This document shows positions 13,760 to 25,928 of a DNA stretch of 64,000 nt, piece after piece. Under the pieces are notes generated by a model. It saw only the letters and a program-made list of their open reading frames with translations, was not told the DNA's origin and did not search any database. The DNA is from the human T2T-CHM13v2.0 reference genome, Homo sapiens: the NCBI RefSeq assembly GCF_009914755.1, contig NC_060929.1. One strand, written 5' to 3'. Position 1 is the stretch's first letter; each line of letters starts with the position of its first letter. A program made the translations under genes and the position numbers.

Positions 13760-14830
13760 CAGGGGCGAGCTCAGGCTTTTTGTTTCCTTCTCAGCTTGGA
13801 AGCAGACCAGGGAAGGGACTTCCTTGGCAGTGACAATGACAGAGGGCCTTTCTGTTGTCTCTTGGGGCTTCACCCCAAAGAGATGCAGAGCTCTTACAAA
13901 TAGGAGTGGTCAGCCAGGGATGGGAAGGCTGTGTTACAGACCCAAGCTGGAGGCATTTCCTGGTGAAGAGCTGGTTGTGCCGGGGCCTTGCAGGGAAGAC
14001 AGTCTGACCTCTTTCTTCTCTGTAGGGTGCTGTGGTGTGCTGCAGATGTGAGTAAAGTACTCAGGCTCTTTTTTCCTTCCCCAGTGTGGTGGCAGCAAGG
14101 GTGGGTACCATTGCAGCAGTAGTAGTAGATGAGCTTGCAGTTACTTTTGGGAACTTCACCCCAGAGAGACACAAAGCTGCTGCCAGTGGGAATGTACAGC
14201 TGTGGATTGAATGGCTGTGCTGCAGGCCCAAGCTGGGTGCCCTCCTCTGTGAAGAGCAAAGGATCAGGGGCTCACAGGAAAAAAGACTGTCTCCTTTCCT
14301 ATGGCGGTTGCCTGCCGTGTGCTGGAGGTGTCAGCAACCCTATCAATCTTTATTATTTCCCTAGCCCAAGGGCAGCAAGGGCAGTACTGATGCAGTGGCT
14401 ATGGCAGAGAGCCTGTCGGCTGTCTCTGGGATTTCCTCCCCAGAAAAATGCAGAGCAGCCACTGATAGAAGTGATCAGACAGGGCAGGACGGCTGTACTG
14501 AGGTCCCAGGTTGGGAGATCCTGACCAGTGGGGAGTAGCAGAGTCAGGGACTCACGTCAAAAACAATCTGGCTGCTTTTCTGTAAGGCAGCTGCAGTGTG
14601 CTGGAGGCCTATAATAGTTTTGGGGTTTTTTGCTCCCTTGCCAGCCTGAGGGCAGTAGGGGTGGAGACTGTGGCTGTGGCCACCATGGCAGGCCTGTTGG
14701 TGACCTCTGGGAATGCCATTCCAGAAAAATGCAGAGCTACTACCAGCTTGAGTGCTCAGGTGGGGTGTGGTGGCTGCATTGGTGACCCTGGCCAGTGGTC
14801 TTTGCCTGGTAAGCAGAGGCGAAGCCTGCA
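13760..14830. repeat. Four diverged ~290-bp tandem units in L1 5'UTR
   Basis: Recurring core ..ggg..ttcacccca(g/a)agagatgcagagc / ccagaaaaatgcagagc near 13870, 14160, 14440, 14720. Confidence 0.75.
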
Positions 14831-15464
14831 GTTCATCTATGGATGTGGCCCCTGTCCTCAGGGTATGCAAGAGAGCTTGGCCTCCTTTGGCAGGGCTACG
14901 ACAGCTGGTGTGAGAGTGCTTAGCCGTCGGTGGCCCTTGGGGCTTCATGTGGGCATGAGTGGTGTCTCTGCCCAGACTCCATGACCCTCGTTGTCAGCCT
15001 GAAGGCTCTAGCAGTTGCAGGTTAGGGAGGATCACCTGTGCCCAGAATTGCGAAGCTTCATGGCAGAAGTGTGGGTCCCTGGGGACTCTTGCTCACTCAC
15101 CATTGCCCCACGATGGGGAGTTTCCCTTGGCTCCACACAGTCCTGGGTGGGCGGCTGTCCTGTTTCACTCCTCTCTGCTCTGTGTGGGTTGCATTGCTTC
15201 CTTGAGGAATCCCAATGTGGCTTTCTGGATGATCCAGTTGAACAGCTAGTGTTTACTCTTCACTCTGTCTCCTTTCTGTGAGAACAGTGCACACTAGGTG
15301 CTTCCAGTCAGCTACCTTGGCCTTAACTCTCCCAGTTTTTAAGTTTAAGTTGAGAAGGCCAATCTGCTCTCTTACTCCATCATGGCTAGAACTCAGGTGG
15401 CTTATTAAAGAATAATAAAAAGAATTGAAACAAGGCTGTGAATTTAAAGAATGTTGTTATTTCA

Positions 15465-15530
15465 CCAGGTGCAGTGGCACATGCCTGTAGTTCCAGCTAC
15501 TCTGAAGGCTGCAGTGGGAGGATTGCTTGA
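15465..15530 (+). mobile_element. Short Alu-monomer/7SL-derived fragment
   Basis: ccaggtgcagtggcacatgcctgtagttccagctactctgaaggctgcagtgggaggattgcttga. Confidence 0.8.
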
Positions 15531-16056
15531 CTGAGCATTGTTAATATACACAATTTCAGTCCTTTTGATAAAGACCCTCCATTTACCACCATTACACAAT
15601 AAATTCTTTCTGTCTTTGAAACATTAACAATTAAAAATTCCTACAGTTACATTAACCAATTATTTTGATAATGAGATTGAAACAGAGTCTGCCTTCCATG
15701 AGCATATTCACTGCAGAGAAAAAGAGCTAGTTTTTTTCCCTTGGGAATTTTTTTTCTACTTAGATAAAGAAGAGATTGATTCAAGTGGCTCTGAAGTTAT
15801 AAGTGTTATATATACTTCTCAGCCTGCTGATCACCACTGTCATTACTACTAGTCATATAAGAGTATTCAATGTTAATGTTGGCTAACAACGAATTTATTA
15901 AATTAGAATTTCAGTCAGCCTTTCTCCTACTTACAACTACATAAAATATTCCAGAGATCTTTGGATTAGCACTTTACAATTTGTTTACAAACGCACAGTA
16001 TTTTTATCTAACCATGTTGTTCTCAGTGGTTACATTTGCCTTTGAAACTGTATCTT

Positions 16057-16353
<297 letters not shown>

Positions 16354-16554
16354 TGAAACTGTATCTTAGTATCAGAGCAACTTCCTAGTCCTGTCTTCCA
16401 GTTGGTTGTTTCTTCTAATGTACTTCGTGGTCACTTGAGAGAAGATGAAATGGAAGACCCCAGGTAAAAAGAAGAAAGATTGTCCCTGACTGACCATGAC
16501 ATTTGGACGCAGATAATATTTGCAGATTCATCCAGAATAATAGATTTAGTACAT

Positions 16555-16973
16555 TGCGTTAGTCCATTCTCGTATTGCTATAAATAAATACCTGAGATTT
16601 GGTAAGTTACATAGAAAAAAGGTTTAATTGGCTCATGGTTTTGCACATTGTACAGGAAGCATGGCAGCATCTGCTTGGCATCTGGGGCAGCCTCAGGAAA
16701 CTTCCATTCCTGGTGGAAAGTGAAGAGGGAGCCAAGGCGCCACGTGGCCAGGGACAGGAAGAAGAGTGGAGGAGACGCTGCGCACTTTTAAACAACCAGA
16801 TCTCATGGGAGCTCCCTCACTGTCGCAAGAACAGCGCCAAGAGGGACGGTGTTAAACCATTCATGAGAAAGTGTCCCTGTGATCCAATCACCTCCCACCA
16901 GGCTCCACCTCCAACACTGGGTCTTACAATTTGACATGAGATTTGGATGGGAACAAAGATTCAAACCATAGCC
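16555..16973 (-). mobile_element. MSTA/MSTB MaLR solo LTR
   Basis: ttagtccattctcgtattgctataaataaatacctgag...cacctcccaccaggctccacctccaacactgg; TSD tacat at 16550-16554 and 16974-16978. Confidence 0.92.
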
Positions 16974-17339
16974 TACATCATGTCAAATCGTGTGACAGAA
17001 TTCAAAGACTAAATATATGAAGGAGTCTAATTTTGCCCAGTCGGGGGGACTAGGGGTCAACTGACTAAATACCTACAATAAGAATGACAAATTAAAAAAA
17101 AAATTAAAAAAATAAACCTCAGGGAGATAGCGGGGAAATAGCGTCACACAATTAATGTCATCTCAAAAATCCAGGGTCAATGTTGCCAGTCAGGGATAAA
17201 AAGAAGGTCCTCAATTTAAAAAGTGGTCAGGTGTGGCAAGATTGCTTTAAAAGATTGAAAATGTCACCACTTCCTTTTCTCAAAATGTTTGTTATCAAAA
17301 TATTAATTTTATATTAAATGTACAAAATACTGCCAGCAT

Positions 17340-18000
17340 GTTTTACAAATGTTTGGACCAATACTTACTGCCATCAGGAGCATGTGAGAGTTAAAGTTTC
17401 CCTTTACCTTGATAATTCTTTTCAATTTTTGTCTTTCTGGTGGTTGTGAAGTGATATTTCATTTGAGTTGTAATTTACATTTCTCTGATGTGCAATAATT
17501 TAGAATAAATACCTTTCATGTTCTCATTAGCTATATGAGTATCTTACTAGATGAAGAGTGAGTTCAGTTTTTTAGCTTATTTCTAATTGTATATGTTTTA
17601 TTTTTATGGATTTTTGGAAGGTCTTTATCCATTCTAGATATAAATTTGATATTATAAACTGCAAAATATTTTCTCCCAATCAGTGGCTTGCCTTTTCACT
17701 CTATCAAATACTGTGTCTTTTCATAATTAGAAGTTTTTATTTTTAGATAAGTCTAATTTATCAATTCAATTTTTCCCTTTTTCATATTTTCTGCCCTTTT
17801 AAAATAAGTGTAGTATAGAAAGATAGTCTTATATCCTAAAAGCTTATTTATTTTAGCTTTCTTTCACATTTAGATTTAAAATCTGCCTAATTTTTATTTT
17901 TTTTAGCCTTAAATATAGATTGAGATTCATTTACCAATTATTTATTTGTTTTCCAATGGCAATATATGATCTAACTTTCATCATTTATTTAAAAGTCTAT
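17340..18000 (-). mobile_element. Old L1M ORF2 3' fragment
   Basis: ggttgtgaagtgatatttcatt, atttacatttctctgatg, tattttctcccaatcagtggcttgccttttcactc. Confidence 0.75.
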
Positions 18001-18264
18001 ATAGTTTGTCTACCAAAGTTTCCTCTCTTTGCTACAACTGGACCATATTTTTCTTCCCTCACACTACAGGACTATGAAAATACTGCTTAAGCTTTAGCTT
18101 TTTGCTTGGCCTTTGCACTACCTACCCCTGACCTGGAGAGAAAGGATATAGAACAAAAACAAATTACTGGGGGAACCAAGTCCTAAAAGAGAAGAGAGGA
18201 GCTGGATTCTACATCATGTGAAAAAGGACTGGTGAAAATGTCAACACTTTTTTAGAAACATGGA

Positions 18265-19002
18265 TTCTTAGTCCTTTAATACCTATTTTTCTCCTTTTAT
18301 TCGGACCTTGTGTCTTTCATTTAGGTTAGTTTCTCAGTTCATACAAAACCGCATCCAGGCCATCACCAATAACCCTATATGACAAATATCACCCCTTACC
18401 ACAAAATCTTCCTTCAGCTTAATCTCTCCCACTCTAGACTCCCACGTCACCCCTAATCCCGCTGGAAGCAGCCCTGAGAAACATAGCCCATTATCTCTCC
18501 ATACCACCCCCAAAAATTTTCACCACCCCAACACTTTACCACTATTTTGTTTTATTTTTCTTATTAATATAAGAAGATAGGAATGTCAGGCCTCTGAGCC
18601 CAAGCTAAGCCATCATATCCCTTGTGACCTGAATGTATACATCCAGATGGCCTGAAGCAACTGAAGATCCACAAAAGAAGTGAAAATAGCCTTAACTGAT
18701 GACATTCCACCAATGTAATTTGTTTCTGCCCCCACCAACTGATCAATGTACTTTGTGATCTCCCCCACCCTTAAGAAGCTTCTTTGTACTTCTCCCCACC
18801 CTTGAGAAAGTACTTTGTGAGATCCACCCCCTGCCCACAAAACATTGCTCCCAACTCCACCGCCCATCCCAAAACCTATAGGAACTCATGATAATCCCAT
18901 CACCCTTTGTGGACTCCTTTTTCGGACTCAGCCCGCCTGCACCCAGGTGAAATAAACAGCCTTGTTGCTCACAAAAAAAAAAAAAAGAAAGAAAGAAACA
19001 TA
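18265..19002 (+). mobile_element. HERV-H processed retrocopy: env-end/3' internal (18265-18583), LTR7 U3-R (18584-18972), poly(A) tail; no U5
   Basis: PPT aagaagataggaa then tgtcaggcctctgagcccaagctaagccatc; AATAAA 18951-18956; stops at gttgctcac and runs into A-tract; TSD agaaacatgga at 18254-18264 and 19003-19013. Confidence 0.92.
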
Positions 19003-19689
19003 AGAAACATGGAGATAATGGATAGGGACCATTATAGAGAGACTTTACTGAGAAAAGGAAGAATTTGTGAGAGTTAACCCTTTATGTTTAGGTCAAGAGG
19101 AAATTTGCTCAGACTGAGAGGGTGAAAAGAGCACAGAAAAATTTTCTAATAGCAGAATGAGAATATGAAGGGGATTTAGTTGCATAGGAACAATTAACTT
19201 ACTGCCTCTAATATTTGAGAAACATATATCTTTATCTCCTAACAGAAAACTTTGGACTCAATAATCTCTAAACTCATCTAAAATTTTACAGTCACTTATT
19301 TTATCCCCCAAAAATTCAGTGTCTATGTAAATTGCTATTTGAGAATAAACTTTCATTGCCTTGGATGTTGCTTGTAATTAAAGAAATGTAATGCCATTTA
19401 GAAGTCTGAGCATGGAAACCAAAAATATAAATGCTTTGACTCAAATGCTGAGATTTTTAGCTTATAATTTAACAAATAATTTAAACATGTATATGTGTGT
19501 GTTTCTGTGTTTGTGTATGTGTGTGCATATGTATTTATTGCAAGTTTTGACCATTTCTGTATCGGTGATATCAAGTTGAAACGTTGAAAACAATCTGAAA
19601 ATGATGTTGAAGATAATCATATTGCTTGTATTATTATATTAAGTAAAAAATGTCTATAGAGATTAAAAAAAGCTACATATTTTAAATTT

Positions 19690-20151
19690 GCTATTAAGAT
19701 TCATCCTCTAAACATTCTATCTTATCTGTGTTCCAGAGAGATAGAGCTTGCTGACCTTCATCAAGGTAAATCCTTGCTCTCTTGCTTTTCTTGGCTTCAG
19801 CTAAACAGCATGGAGGAAAACTATAGGTGTGTGTGTGTAGCCTTTAGTCTATTTTGGATTGGGTGTTGAGAGTGGTTATATTCACCATCTAAGATCTTGG
19901 CTCCTGTCAGTAGCCTTTTTTAGATGCCTTCTTCCACAGCTTTAGATCTTACTAGTTTCAGTAAGCATTTCCTCCTCTTGTGCCTTTCAACCTAGATGTA
20001 GAATTTCCATTGTTTTAAGTCTGAGATTCTTCACTGTTGCAAGTCCCTGGGTGTTTCATCCTTATTCATTGGTTGCTCATACTTTTAAATTATTCTTCAG
20101 TGATTTTTATTGAGTGGACCATCTGTTCCTAATGAGAGTTTAGTTAAGACA
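19690..20151 (+). mobile_element. Ancient ERVL LTR (LTR33-like)
   Basis: ccttgctctcttgcttttcttggcttcagc; gtttcagtaagcatttcctcctcttgtgcctttcaaccta; ttgagtggaccatctgttcct. Confidence 0.5.
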
Positions 20152-20221
20152 TGTAGTAAAGTGAGTTTTCCAAATTCATCTTTGTAAAAGACATACTTTG
20201 CTATGCAAGAAAAAGAAACTT

Positions 20222-20395
20222 ATTAAATATATACACATATATACACATTTGTATACATAAATATATACATATATACAAATATATATTTATATACATATTA
20301 TATGTATATAATTTATATATAATTATACAAATTATATGTATACATAATTATATGCATAGTATATGTATATATGTGTATAAATATGTATTTATATA
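20222..20395. repeat. TA-rich low-complexity tract
   Basis: Degenerate (TA)n/(TACA)n. Confidence 0.9.
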
Positions 20396-20879
20396 GTAAT
20401 GCATTTGAGATGAACAAGGTTATTAGATAACAAGGTTATTAGGCAGCTTTGTGCATCTAAAATCCTTAGAAAACATGAACAAACTAACCTTTACATCTAT
20501 GTTCCTTAACACACTTTCTGTTTCTTAGATTGTGAAGAAGCATATTTTAAAGAACAATATACTTTAACTTCTGATGCATGTAAAGATAATGTTTCCTTTG
20601 CCTAAAATCATGTTTTATTTAAGACTTTTATATGTCTGTTTTTACTTACAGCTGATTAAAATTCCATATTTAAATAATTTTTATAAGTTCATGTTTATAT
20701 TTATATCCTATATTGATGTTTTGAATATGTAGGTTTTTTCTCTCATACTTTTCTAAAATTCCTGATGGCAGAAGCTTTTAAATTTATATTTAAATTCACA
20801 ATATTATTTTGAATAAAATATGTATTGAATAAATAATATAATAAATATTTTCAAATGTCTATCACACACCGTGGTAAGT

Positions 20880-21416
20880 ACCTTTTGCAGTTTGAGATGC
20901 AACATCAAAACTAGCACCACTTTATTTTTCTTTTTTCAAAATCTCAGTGATAAAACGTTTGTAGATCTTAGTAGCCTCAGTGTATAATTTTTTTTCCTTA
21001 GGAAATTGGTAACTTTCACCTTTGCACTTAAAGCAAGCACTTTACCGCTGGCTTCTCTTTGGCATATTCAAATTGCCAGCATCACTACTTTTGCATTTCT
21101 GGGGGCCATTATTAAGTAAAATAAGGGTTACTTCAAAACAAGCACTGTGAACCATGACAGTAGATCTGATAACCAAGATGGCTACCAAGTGACTAACGGG
21201 TGGGTACTGTAGACAGCATGGACACGCTGGAGAAAGGAATAATTCATGTCCCAAGTGAAGTGGCATAAAATTTCATTACACTACTCATAACAGCACACAA
21301 GTTAAAACTGAATTGTTTATTACCAGAATTTTCTATTTAATACTTTGGACTGTGGTTGACTGTAGGTAACTGAAAGAATGGGAAGTGAAACCGAGGATAA
21401 CAAGGAGATACTTCTA
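20880..21416. mobile_element. MER44/Tigger7 DNA transposon remnant
   Basis: ggggccattattaagtaaaataagggttact...gatctgataaccaagatggctaccaagtgactaacggg...ggttgactgtaggtaactgaaa...gaaaccgaggataa. Confidence 0.8.
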
Positions 21417-21439
21417 TATTTTAAGTGCTGGAGTGAGCT

Positions 21440-21798
21440 GTAGCGAAGAATGACACTGGAGTTGGTCAATGGAATTAGCTCACCTGTGTTATAATAATTA
21501 GTGCTTATAGAAGTTAGAGGGGTACTCTTATAGAGACTGGGAGACAGGAGTGCCGTGTTTCTTGATGATTACATTTCAAAGGGATGGTTCCCAGGTCTTG
21601 AGAAAGACATTCCTGGGTTGTAAAACTGGTGAGAGGCTTAGAAAATATTTGCATGCCTAAGGGAAAGAGAAATAATTTGCATTTGGACATTTTCTAAAGT
21701 AAATGCCCTAAGTAAAAGGAGCTCAGCGGCTTGGAGTAAATAAGCAACTTCTCTAAAGTTTGGTCAAGCTGAAGGGAATGTTACGAATATCTGGGTCT
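21440..21798 (-). mobile_element. MER31-type ERV1 solo LTR
   Basis: gatgattacatttcaaagggatggttcccaggtcttgagaaagacattcctgggttgtaaaactgg; ctaaagtttggtcaagctgaagggaatgtt. Confidence 0.75.
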
Positions 21799-22056
21799 TG
21801 TGTCTTGAGTCTTGTGTACCTTGCCTAATAATACACCTTCTTAATAAATCAGATATTTTTCATTTATTTTTAGATATTCAAGAAATATATAAGATACCAG
21901 TCCTCTAAATGATTTTAATAACAAAGTTTTACTTAGCATGCTTGTTTACTCCCACATTACATCAGCATAAACAAGCAGTCTTAAAAGTGTTTTAAAAATG
22001 AAATTTCTATGAAAAACAAAACAAAGACATAGTATACAAAAGGGATTAAAGGGTAA

Positions 22057-22803
22057 GAATGTAAACTAGTACAACCACAATGGAAAACAGTGTGGAAATT
22101 TCTTAAAGAACTAAAAGCAGATCTGCCATTTGATCCAACAATCCCACTACTAGGTATCTACCCAGGGGAAAAGAAGTTATATGAAAAAGGTACTTGCACA
22201 TGCATGTTTATAGCAGCACGGTTTGCAATTGCAAAAATACAGAATTGGTCCAAATGCCCATTAATCAGTGACTGGATAAAGAAAACATATATATATATAT
22301 ATATGTTTTATATATAATATTTTATGTATATGTTTTATATACATATAATTTATATATATTATATTAAAATACCAAATATTTATAATATTTATATATATTA
22401 TATATAATATATATATAAAATATGATAGAATACTACATAGCCATAAAAAGGAATGAAATAACAGCATTCACGGCAACCTGGGTGGAATTGGAGACTATCA
22501 TTCTAAGCGAGGTAATTCAGGAATGGAAAATCAAACATCCTATGTTCTCACTCATATGTGGGAACTAAGCTATAAGGACACAAAAGCATAAGAATGATAC
22601 ATTGGACTTTGGGGACTTGGGAGAAAGGGTGGGGGTGGGTGGCGAAAGATAAAAGATTACACACTGGGTACAGTGTACACTGCTCAGGTGATGGGTGCAC
22701 CATAATCTCAGAAATCACCTCTAAAGAACTTATTCATGTAAAGAAGTACCACCTGTTCTCCAAAAATTTAATAAAATGAAAAAGTAAAAATTTAAAAAAA
22801 AAA
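22057..22803 (+). mobile_element. 5'-truncated L1PB-like 3' end with internal TA expansion (~22287-22420)
   Basis: ORF 22090..22317 ([24 protein letters not shown]); 3'UTR gtacagtgtacactgctcaggtgatgggtgcacc; A tail. Confidence 0.9.
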
Positions 22804-22996
22804 CTACAGAGGCTATGTACAATTTGCTGTGTTGGAAATGATCTGTGTTTCACCAGTTGTGGAACCCATAGAGAGATATGCAAGTTTTCTGGGAATCATT
22901 TTCTCATCTTTAATGCCCGGAACCTCATCCAAGAGTCGCAGTGAAGGTTAGTATACTACACTTATGTTACGGGAAAGCGAGAACACACAGATATGG

Positions 22997-23388
22997 TGTG
23001 TTAATGTACTCTGGATGACATAAAAAAATACTACAGACTGGGTGGCTTAAACAACAGAAGTTTATTCTCACAGTTTTGGAAGGTAGAAGTTCAAGATCAA
23101 GGTGCATTTAGGGTTGGTTTCTGGTAAGGCCTCTCTTCTTGACTTGTAGGAAATCACCTTCTTGCTGTGTTCTTAGATGATCTTTTCTCTGAGCTCTCAG
23201 AGAAAGAAAGAGCTCTTGTGCCCCTTCTCGTAAGGACATATATACATTTTTTTAAAAATCAGCTCCCCATCTTTATGACCTCATTGAACCTTACTTACCT
23301 CTGTAGAGTCACTGTCTCCAAATATAGGCACATTGGAGGTTAAGGTTTCCACACATGAGTTAGGAAGAGCGATATCATTCACCATAAT
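22997..23388 (-). mobile_element. MLT1A-type MaLR solo LTR
   Basis: tacagactgggtggcttaaacaacagaagtttattctcacagttttggaagg...tctccaaatataggcacattggaggttaagg. Confidence 0.85.
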
Positions 23389-24167
23389 AGATTGCTTTCA
23401 ATCCAGGCACTATTGACAGATAATTCGAGCTGCAAATAGCTACAGTGCCATGTCTTTCTGAGCATTGCTCTACAATTCCAGATAAATCCTATCTTTCCTC
23501 ACACCTCTATTATTTTCTTCCACAGGACAAATGACATTTGAATTTTCTATTACCCAAATGGACAATATTAAAACAAGGTGACATTAGTACAGTAGTACCT
23601 TCAATAATATATTAAAACAATATGACACTAGTACATTTTATATCCGCTTGTGGTCAACTGATGGTCATCATATTTAAGAATTGCATTTTTTCAGTTAGTA
23701 TGATTAAAATAAGGTAATTGCATTTGTTATTTTCTACCTTGATACTAAATTATCTTGCTTCTTGTTGAAAATAGAAAGAATAAACTCTTCAATAACAACA
23801 TAAGCGTCCTCTCCCATATAGTTCCATAAAATTGACAGAAACACCGATTAATAGCTGATATTTATGAAGTCTTATAAGATGCCAGTAAAAGGTGTTGACA
23901 ACTTTATAGATGTGATTTCATTAATGTTGAGTATTTGCATTGATATTCAAAAATTTTGGAATATACCATCCTATAGAAACTAGCTTTTGGGACCTGTTCT
24001 GTAGCAGGCAGTAAAATGGACCTGTCTCTTCTCACACAATGCTTATTGTTTTCCAGCTATGTTTGTAATTGAGTGGAAAATCCATCTAAGTTCCTAGTGA
24101 AGAATGACTAAACCTTCTCTACAAAAAGCCTGCTCACTACTGAATTTTTGGCATAGTAAAAATAATT

Positions 24168-24666
24168 TGTCCATGTGTTCTCATAATTTAGCTCCCACTT
24201 CTAAGAAGTGAGAATATGTGGTATTTGGTTTTCTGTTCCTGTGTTAGTATGCTAAGGATCATGGCCACCTGCTCCATCCATGTCTCTGTAAAGAACATTA
24301 TCTCATTCTTTTTATGGCTGCATGGTATTCCATTTTGTGTATGTACCACATTTTCTTTATCCAGTCTATCACTGATGGGCATTTAGGTTGAGTCTATGTC
24401 TTTCCTATTGTGAATAGTGCCTGCAATAAACATACATGTACAGGTCTTTGTAATAAAATAATTTATATTGAGGGAAACAATATACATTGGAGCCTCTCAG
24501 AGGCTGGAGGGTGGGAGAATGGAGGGGATCAGGAAAAATAACTATTGGGTACTAGGCTTAATACCTGAGTGATGAAACAATCAGTAAAACAAACCCCCAT
24601 GACACAAGTTTACCTATGTAACAAACCTGGACTTGTGCCCCTGAATTTAAAGTAAAATTAAATAAT
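24168..24666. mobile_element. Short L1PA (PA11-14-like) with 5' inversion: minus 24168-24469, plus 24470-24666
   Basis: Antisense part starts tgtccatgtgttctc (=gagaacacatggaca); sense part starts gagggaaacaa, the adjacent L1 3'UTR sequence. Confidence 0.88.
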
Positions 24667-25269
24667 CATTATAATTATAATTTGGTCTTTATTTTTCAAA
24701 CTATGACCAGCATGTTTGAATGTAGGTAGAGAATGGAAGATTGTCATGCTGTTGGTCTCTTAAAACTCCAACACCTTGGAGCATGACCTAGGAAGCTTGA
24801 CATACAGAAAATGAATCATGGGTGGGGATGAAATCATGTTTAAAAGAAATGAGACCTCAGCAATACAGTGCATTTCATGTTTTGATGGTGCTCTGGATAT
24901 TTCGAAGCTTCCCACCCTAGGAATCTACTGAAAATCAATAATTCTGCTATTTGCTCCTACTAATCTTATCTCTGCCTTGCATATAAAAGTGCTTGGCTTG
25001 AATAACTTCCACTACCTCTTCATCTCGTCTTCTGTTCTATTATTTTCAGGAGTGGTCAGCTGTTTTCCCTACTAGTTTAGTTTAAAATTATAAACTCTCT
25101 TTTTAAAAACACTTTTAATATGATAACTCACAGCTAAACATTGCTTTTATGTTTTTCTTTGCTGTCGAGCCTGGACCTTAGTATTTTTACAAACTCCATA
25201 TTTTGTTTTGTAATTTCTTCTAGATTGAAAGAATATCAGTAAGTTCTGCTTTTATAAGGGTATCTTTAT

Positions 25270-25928
25270 GCTTGTACCCTCATGAGTGGGTTAAATGCCT
25301 TCAAAAGGGGCTTTTGGGAGTGAACTCTCTCTCAGCTCTTCTGTTCTGCCCTGTGTGGCAGTGTTCCCCACCCACCAGAGGACGCAGCGTTCAAGATGCC
25401 ATCTTATGAGGGATGGCTGGGCCCTCACCAGACACCAAGCTCTCTGAGGCCTTAATATTGGACTTATCAGTTGATATGGTTTGGCTGCATCCCCACCCAT
25501 ATCTCACTTTAAATTGTAATAATCCCCACATGCCAAGGGCAGTGCTAGGTGGGCATAATTGAATCATGCGGGAAATTTCCCCCATACTATTCTCCTGGCA
25601 GTGAATAAGTCTCATGAGATCTGGTGGTTTTATAAATGGGATTTTCTTGCACAAGCTCTCTCTTGACTGCTGCCATGTAAGACATGTCTTGCTTCCCCTT
25701 CCCTTTCCACCATGATTGTGAGGCCTCTCCAGACATATGGAACTGTGAGTCAATTAAACCTCTTTCCTTTATAAATTACCAATTCTCAGGTAAGTCTTTA
25801 TTAGCAGTGTGAGACAGACTAATACACCAGCCTGCAGAACTGTGAGCTGATAAAATTCTGTTTATTATATGTCACTCAGTCTGTGGTATTCTGTTTTATA
25901 GCAACAGAAAAAAAACAGATTAAGGCCA
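25270..25928 (+). mobile_element. MSTC/D-type MaLR LTR interrupted by THE1
   Basis: gaggacgcagcgttcaagatgccatctt...ccctcaccagacacc...| ccagcctgcagaactgtgag...gtctgtggtattctgttttatagcaac. Confidence 0.8.
25472..25826 (+). mobile_element. THE1B/C solo LTR
   Basis: tgatatggtttggctgcatcccc...gactaataca; degraded TSD tcagt/ccagc. Confidence 0.93.

Larger units (their letters stand above)
7430..15333 (-). mobile_element. Near-full-length old L1 (L1PA15/16-like): 3'UTR at 7430, ORF2, ORF1 (~12490-13400), repeat-containing 5'UTR (~13400-15333); three nested insertions and an internal deletion
   Basis: Antisense L1 3'UTR (tgcaggtttgatacatggataaatt), ORF2 antisense blocks, ORF1 peptide 12468..12713 (KGNPISL...SAETLQNRRDWGP...FQPRISYLAKLSF), 5' end cttccagtcagctaccttggcc. 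Confidence 0.92.

Noticed and set aside
13760-14830. Regularly spaced repeats as a possible CRISPR-like array
   Set aside because: Eukaryotic context; units are ~290 bp and diverged throughout, with no conserved short repeat/unique spacer pattern and no cas genes
13517-15281. Dense overlapping 90-134 aa ORFs in a GC-richer region, suggestive of a gene/CpG island
   Set aside because: Region is L1 5'UTR with tandem units; CpG-depleted; longer ORFs are expected from GC content
15465-15530. Possible 7SL RNA gene
   Set aside because: Only ~65 bp of Alu-domain sequence, no S domain, no Pol III terminator context
20413-20443. 16-bp period repeat aacaaggttattag x2 (and ttgtcaacata x2 at 58041-58062)
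   Set aside because: Ordinary slippage micro-duplications
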